A stretch of 64,000 bases of DNA from Eledone cirrhosa (taxonomy: Eukaryota), in NCBI GenBank assembly GCA_964016885.1, contig OZ024758.1, positions 34,906,001 to 34,970,000 on the forward strand, written 5' to 3'. Numbering within the stretch: position 1 is the first letter of the stretch; every line of letters begins with the position of its first letter. Positions 57,401 to 64,000 of this stretch are shown piece by piece. The notes beneath the pieces are model-generated. The model had not been told where the DNA came from. It ran no database searches and worked only from the letters and a program-made list of their open reading frames with translations. Made by a program: the position numbers and the translations under genes.

Positions 57401-59025
57401 CATTTAAGTTCATGGTACTAGCTGCCAGAAGTAACTCCACTGTTGGTGAGAATTCATTTAAGTTCATGGTACTAGCTGTCAGAAGTAACTCCACTGTTTG
57501 TGAGAATTCATTTAAGTTCATGGTACTAGCTGTCATAAGTAACTCCACTGTTGGTGAGAATTCATTTAAGTTCATGGTATTAGCTGTCAGAAGTCACTCC
57601 ACTGTTGGTGAGAATTCATTTAAGTTCATGGTATTAGCTGTCAGAAGTCACTCCACTGTTGGTGAGAATTCATTTAAGTTCATGGTACTAGCTGTCAGAA
57701 GTAACCCCAATGTTGGTGAGAATTCATTTAAGTTCATGGTATTAGCTGTCAGAAGTCACTCCAATGTTGGTGAGAATTCATTTAAGTTCATGGTATTAGC
57801 TGTCAGAAGTAACTCCACTGTTGGTGAGAATTCATTTAAGTTCATGGTATTAGCTGTCAGAAGTAACTCCACTGTTGGTGAGAATTCATTTAAGTTCATG
57901 GTATTAGCTGTCAGAAGTAACTCCACTGTTGGTGAGAATTCATTTAAGTTCATGGTATTAGCTGTCAGAAGGAACTCCAATGTTGGTGAGAATTCATTTA
58001 AGTTCATGGTATTAGCTGTCAGAAGTAACTCCACTGTTGGTGAGAATTCATTTAAGTTCATGGTATTAGCTGTGAGAAGTAACTCCAATGTTGGTGAGAA
58101 TTCATTTAAGTTCATGGTATTAGCTGTCAGAAGGAACTCCACTGTTGGTGAGAATTCATTTAAGTTCATGGTATTAGCTGTCAGAAGTAACTCCACTGTT
58201 GGTGAGAATTCATTTAATTCATGGTATTAGCTGTCAGAAGTAACTCCATTGTTGGTGAGAATTCATTTAAGTCATGGTACTAGCTGTCAGAAGTAACTCC
58301 AATGTTGGTGAGAATTCATTTAAGTCATGGTACTAGCTGTCAGAAGTAACTCCAATGTTGGTGAGAATTCATTTAAGTTCATGGTATTAGCTGTCAGAAG
58401 GAACTCCACTGTTGGTGAGAATTCATTTAAGTTCATGGTATTAGCTGTCAGAAATAACTCCACTGTTGGTGAGAATTCATTTAAGTTCATGGTATTAGCA
58501 GTCAGAAGTAACTCCACTGTTGGTGAGAATTCATTTAAGTTCATGGTACTAGCTGTCAGAAGTAACTCCAATGTTGGTGAGAATTCATTTAAGTTCATGG
58601 TATTAGCTGTCAGAAGTAACTCCACTGTTGGTGAGAATTCATTTAAGTCATGGTATTAGCTGTCAGAAGTAACTCCACTGTTGGTGAGAATTCATTTAAG
58701 TTCATGGTATTAGCTGTCAGAAGTAACTCCACTGTTGGTGAGAATTCATTTAAGTTCATGGTATTAGCTGTCAGAAGTAACTCCACTGTTGGTGAGAATT
58801 CATTTAAGTTCATGGTACTAGCTGTCAGAAGTAACTCCAATGTTGGTGAGAATTCATTTAAGTTCATGGTATTAGCTGTCAGAAGCAACTCCACTGTTGG
58901 TGAGAATTCATTTAAGTTCATGGTATTAGCTGTCAGAAGTAGCTCCACTGTTGGTGAGAATTCATTTAAGTCATGGTATTAGCTGACAGAAGTAACTCCA
59001 TTGTTGGTGAGAATTCATTTATGTC
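53806..59025. repeat. 2476-bp (46-monomer) near-perfect tandem duplication
   Basis: Offsets 54182>56658, 54505>56981, 54882>57358, 55851>58327 and 56174>58650 equal 2476. Shared rare variants: CATGATATTAGTTTG (54127/56603), CCACAGTTGG (54315/56791), GCTGTGAGAAG (55593/58069), CAGAAATAACTCC (55973/58449). Confidence 0.93.
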
Positions 59026-59670
59026 ATGGTACTAGCTGTCAGAAGTAACTCCACTGTTGGTGAGAATTCATTTAAGTTCATGGTATTAGCAGTCAGAAGT
59101 CACTCCACTGTTGGTGAGAATTCATTTAAGTTCATGGTACTAGCTGTCAGAAATAACCCCAATGTTGGTGAGAATTCATTTAAGTTCATGGTATTAGCTG
59201 TCAGAAGTCACTCCAATGTTCGTGAGAATTCATTTAAGTTCATGGTATTAGCTGTCAGAATTAACTCCACTGTTGGTGAGAATTCATTTAAGTTCATGGT
59301 ATTAGTTTGTCAGAAGTAACTCCACTGTTGGTGAGAATTCATTTAAGTCATGGTATTAGTTGTCAGAAGTAACTCCAATGTTGGTGAGAATTCATTTAAG
59401 TTCATGGTACTAGCTGTCAGAAGTAACTCCAATGTTGGTGAGAATTCATTTAAGTTCATGGTATTAGCTGTCAGAAGGAACTCCACTGTTGGTGAGAATT
59501 CATTTAAGTTCATGGTATTAGCTGTCAGAAGTAACTCCACTGTTGGTGAGAATTCATTTAATTCATGGTATTAGCTGTCAGAAGTAACTCCATTGTTGGT
59601 GAGAATTCATTTAAGTCATGGTACTAGCTGTCAGAAGTAACTCCAATGTTGGTGAGAATTCATTTAAGTC

Positions 59671-62600
59671 ATGGTACTAGCTGTCAGAAGTAACTCCAAT
59701 GTTGGTGAGAATTCATTTAAGTTCATGGTATTAGCTGTCAGAAGGAACTCCAATGTTGGTGAGAATTCATTTAAGTTCATGGTATTAGCTGTCAGAAGTA
59801 ACTCCACTGTTGGTGAGAATTCATTTAAGTTCATGGTATTAGCAGTCAGAAGTAACTCCACTGTTGGTGAGAATTCATTTAAGTTCATGGTACTAGCTGT
59901 CAGAAGTAACTCCAATGTTGGTGAGAATTCATTTATGTTCATGGTATTAGCTGTCAGAAGTAACTCCACTGTTGGTGAGAATTCATTTAAGTCATGGTAT
60001 TAGCTGTCAGAAGTAACTCCAATGTTGGTGAGAATTCATTTAAGTTCATGGTATTAGCTGTCAGAAGTAACTCCACTGTTGGTGAGAATTCATTTAAGTT
60101 CATGGTATTAGCTGTCAGAAGTAACTCCACTGTTGGTGAGAATTCATTTAAGTTCATGGTACTAGCTGTCAGAAGTAACTCCACTGTTGGTGAGAATTCA
60201 TTTAAGTTCATGGTATTAGTTTGTCAGAAGTAACTCCACTGTTGGTGAGAATTCATTTAAGTCATGGTATTAGTTGTCAGAAGTAACTCCAATGTTGGTG
60301 AGAATTCATTTAGGTTCATGGTACTAGCTGTCAGAAGTAACTCCAATGTTGGTGAGAATTCATTTAAGTCATGGTACTAGCTGTCAGAAGTAACTCCAAT
60401 GTTGGTGAGAATTCATTTAAGTACATGGTATTAGCTATCAGAAGTAACTCCACTGTTGGTGAGAATTCATTTAAGTTCATGGTATTAGCTGTCAGAAGTA
60501 ACTCCACTGTTGGTGAGAATTCATTTAAGTCATGGTATTAGCTGTCAGAAGTAACTCCAATGTTGGTGAGAATTCATTTAAGTTCATGGTATTAGCTGTC
60601 AGAAGTCACTCCACTGTTGGTGAGAACTCATTTAAGTTCATGGTACTAGCTGTCAGAAGTAACACCAATGTTGGTGAGAATTCATTTAAGTTCATGGTAT
60701 TAGCTGTCAGAAGTCACTCCAATGTTGGTGAGAATTCATTTAAGTTCATGGTATTAGCTGTCAGAAGTAACTCCACTGTTGGTGAGAATTCATTTAAGTT
60801 CATGGTATTAGCTGTCAGAAGTAACTCCACTGTTGGTGAGAATTCATTTAAGTTGATGGTATTAGCTGTCAGAAGTAACTCCACTGTTGGTGAGAATTCA
60901 TTTAAGTTCATGGTATTAGCTGTCAGAAGGAACTCCAATGTTGGTGAGAATTCATTTAAGTCATGGTACTAGCTGTCAGAAGTAACTCCACTGTTGGTGA
61001 GAATTAATTTAAGTTCATGGTATTAGCTGTCAGAAGGAACGCCACTGTTGGTGAGAATTCATTTAAGTTCATGGTATTAGCTGTCAGAAGTAACTCCACT
61101 GTTGGTGAGAATTCATTTAAGTTCATGGTACTAGCTGTCAGAAGTAACTCCAATGTTGGTGAGAATTCATTTAAGTTCATGGTATTAGCTGTCAGAAGGA
61201 ACTCCACTGTTGCTGAGAATTCATTTAAGTTCATGGTATTAGCTGTCAGAAGTAACTCCACTGTTGGTGAGAATTCATTTAAGTTCATGGTACTAGCTGT
61301 CAGAAGTAACTCCACTGTTGGTGAGAATTCATTTAAGTTCATGGTATTAGCTGTCAGAAGTCACTCCAATGTTGGTGAGAATTCATTTAAGTTCATGGTA
61401 TTAGTTTGTCAGAAGTAACTCCACTGTTGGTGAGAATTCATTTAAGTCATGGTACTAGCTGTCAGAAGTAACTCCAATGTTGGTGAGAATTCATTTAAGT
61501 CATGGTATTCGCTGTCAGAAGTAACTCCAATGTTGGTGAGAATTCATTTAAGTTCATGGTATTAGCTGTCAGAAGTAACTCCACTGTTGGTGAGAATTCA
61601 TTTAAGTTCATGGTATTAGCTGTCAGAAGTAACTCCACTGTTGGTGAGAATTCATTTAAGTTGATGGTACTAGCTGTCAGAAGTAACTCCACTGTTGGTG
61701 AGAATTCATTTAAGTTCATGGTATTAGTTTGTCAGAAGTAACTCCACTGTTGGTGAGAATTCATTTAAGTCATGGTATTAGTTGTCAGAAGTAACTCCAA
61801 TGTTGGTGAGAATTCATTTAAGTTCATGGTATTAGCTGTCAGAAGGACACTCCACTGTTGGTGAGAATTCATTTAAGTTCATGGTATTAGCTGTCAGAAG
61901 GAACTCCAATGTTGGTGAGAATTCATTTAAGTCATGGTACTAGCTGTCAGAAGTAACTCCACTGTTGGTGAGAATTCATTTAAGTTCATGGTACTAGCTG
62001 TCAGAAGTAACTCCAATGTTGGTGAGAATTCATTTAAGTTCATGGTATTAGCTGTCAGAAGCAACTCCACTGTTGGTGAGAATTCATTTAAGTTCATGGT
62101 ATTAGCTGTCAGAAGTAACTCCACTGTTGGTTAGAATTCATTTAAGTTCATGGTATTAGTTTGTCAGAAGTAACTCCACTGTTGGTGAGAATTCATTTAA
62201 GTCATGGTATTAGTTGTCAGAAGTAACTCCAATGTTGGTGAGAATTCATTTAAGTTCATGGTACTAGCTGTCAGAAGTAACTCCATTGTTGTTGAGAATT
62301 CATTGAAGTTCATGGTACTAGCTGTCAGAAGGAACTCCACTGTTGGTGAGAATTCATTTAAGTTCATGGTATTAGCTGTCAGAAGTAACTCCACTGTTGG
62401 TGAGAATTCATTTAAGTTCATGGTACTAGCTGTCAGAAGTAACTCCAATGTTAGTGAGAATTCATTTAAGTTCATGGTATTAGCTGTCAGAAGTAACTCC
62501 ACTGTTGGTGAGAATTCATTTAAGTCATGGTATTAGCTGTCAGAAGTAACTCCAATGTTGGTGAGAATTCATTTAAGTTCATGGTATTAGCTGTCAGAAG

Positions 62601-64000
62601 TAACTCCACTGTTGGTGAGCATTCATTTATGTTCATGGTATTAGCTGTCAGAAGTAACTCCACTGTTGGTGAGAATTCATTTAAGTTCATGGTATTAGTT
62701 TGTCAGAAGTAACTCCACTGTTGGTGAGAATTCATTTAAGTCATGGTATTAGCTGTCAGAAGTAACTCCAATGTTGGTGAGAATTCATTTAAGTTCATGG
62801 TATTAGCTGTCAGAAGGAACTCCACTGTTGGTGAGAATTCATTTAAGTTCATGGTATTAGCTGTCAGAAGTAACTCCACTGTTGGTGAGAATTCATTTAA
62901 GTTCATGGTATTAGCAGTCAGAAGTAACTCCACTGTTGGTGAGAATTCATTTAAGTTCATGGTACTAGCTGTCAGAAGTAACTCCAATGTTGGTGAGAAT
63001 TCATTTATGTTCATGGTATTAGCTGTCAGAAGTAACTCCACTGTTGGTGAGAATTCATTTAAGTCATGGTATTAGCTGTCAGAAGTAACTCCAATGTTGG
63101 TGAGAATTCATTTAAGTTCATGGTATTAGCTGTCAGAAGTAACTCCACTGTTGGTGAGAATTCATTTAAGTTCATGGTATTAGCTGTCAGAAGTAACTCC
63201 ACTGTTGGTGAGAATTCATTTAAGTTCATGGTACTAGCTGTCAGAAGTAACTCCACTGTTGGTGAGAATTCATTTAAGTTCATGGTATTAGTTTGTCAGA
63301 AGTAACTCCACTGTTGGTGAGAATTCATTTAAGTCATGGTATTAGTTGTCAGAAGTAACTCCAATGTTGGTGAGAATTCATTTAGGTTCATGGTACTAGC
63401 TGTCAGAAGTAACTCCAATGTTGGTGAGAATTCATTTAAGTCATGGTACTAGCTGTCAGAAGTAACTCCAATGTTGGTGAGAATTCATTTAAGTACATGG
63501 TATTAGCTATCAGAAGTAACTCCACTGTTGGTGAGAATTCATTTAAGTTCATGGTATTAGCTGTCAGAAGTAACTCCACTGTTGGTGAGAATTCATTTAA
63601 GTCATGGTATTAGCTGTCAGAAGTAACTCCAATGTTGGTGAGAATTCATTTAAGTTCATGGTATTAGCTGTCAGAAGTCACTCCACTGTTGGTGAGAACT
63701 CATTTAAGTTCATGGTACTAGCTGTCAGAAGTAACACCAATGTTGGTGAGAATTCATTTAAGTTCATGGTATTAGCTGTCAGAAGTCACTCCAATGTTGG
63801 TGAGAATTCATTTAAGTTCATGGTATTAGCTGTCAGAAGTAACTCCACTGTTGGTGAGAATTCATTTAAGTTCATGGTATTAGCTGTCAGAAGTAACTCC
63901 ACTGTTGGTGAGAATTCATTTAAGTTGATGGTATTAGCTGTCAGAAGTAACTCCACTGTTGGTGAGAATTCATTTAAGTTCATGGTATTAGCTGTCAGAA
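59671..64000. repeat. 3072-bp (57-monomer) duplication; second copy runs off the window end
   Basis: 59671>62743, 59994>63066 and 60532>~63604 are all 3072. Shared ATTTATGTTC (59931/63003). Confidence 0.85.

Larger units (their letters stand above)
1..64000. repeat. Tandem satellite DNA array, 54-bp (53/54-bp) monomer, about 1,190 copies, extending beyond both window edges
   Basis: The consensus ATGGTATTAGCTGTCAGAAGTAACTCCACTGTTGGTGAGAATTCATTTAAGTTC recurs head-to-tail from base 1 to 64000 with typically 0-3 differences per monomer. No unique sequence is seen. Each consensus unit has GAATTC (EcoRI), AGCT (AluI), TTAA (MseI) and a CATG across the junction. Confidence 0.99.

Noticed and set aside
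297-63305. Plus-strand ORFs encoding (MVLAVRSNSTVGENSFKF)n, up to 290 aa
   Set aside because: 54 bp equals 18 codons with no stop in one frame, so ORFs arise automatically. They are broken every few units by 53-bp monomers and stop variants (GAATTAA, TTTTAG), many variants are non-synonymous, and there is no unique N- or C-terminal domain.
479-63983. Minus-strand ORFs encoding (MNLNEFSPTVELLLTANT)n
   Set aside because: These are the antisense mirror of the same repeat and are terminated by the common AGTCAC variant (TGA on the minus strand) and by frameshifts. There is no evidence of coding constraint.
1-64000. CRISPR-like array (conserved part plus variable part)
   Set aside because: The variable segment differs by only 1-3 substitutions from one consensus and recurs hundreds of times. 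There are no unique spacers, leader or cas genes.
1-64000. Programmed frameshift, phase-variation or antigenic-cassette system based on the +1/-1 indels
   Set aside because: No expression locus, recombinase, reverse transcriptase or flanking gene is present. The indel pattern follows block duplication history.
1-64000. Tandem RNA genes (5S rRNA, tRNA, snRNA, spliced leader) or telomeric repeat
   Set aside because: The unit is too short for these genes, with no recognisable cloverleaf, Pol III boxes, T-run terminator or known telomere motif.
1-64000. Synthetic concatemer or rolling-circle artefact of an EcoRI fragment
   Set aside because: Hierarchically shared variants, inherited EcoRI-site losses (GAGAACTC, GAATTAAT, GAGCATTC) and domain structure indicate natural evolutionary history rather than random error. 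Local assembly errors cannot be excluded.

Overview
The whole 64 kb window is one uninterrupted, head-to-tail, single-orientation tandem satellite array of about 1,190 monomers. The consensus monomer is 54 bp and about 37% GC: ATGGTATTAGCTGTCAGAAGTAACTCCACTGTTGGTGAGAATTCATTTAAGTTC. It carries one EcoRI site and has a frequent 53-bp variant (AAGTTC>AAGTC). I see no genes, RNA genes, transposon fragments, inversions or CRISPR spacers. All listed ORFs are by-products of an 18-codon repeat that lacks stops in one frame per strand. The informative signal is the order of monomer variants, which shows: nested, irregular higher-order duplications (about 13 to 90 monomers); two variant domains meeting near 28.3 kb; long-range block recurrences at about 9.3, 16.1 and 25.4 kb; a hypervariable window inside the monomer; and a monomer type with compensating +1/-1 indels. 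The architecture suggests eukaryotic heterochromatic or (peri)centromeric satellite DNA, but I cannot name the family or organism, and I find no support for a novel protein-coding or defence system. Offsets come from the ORF track and from reading diagnostic variants by eye, so block boundaries are approximate to about one monomer.
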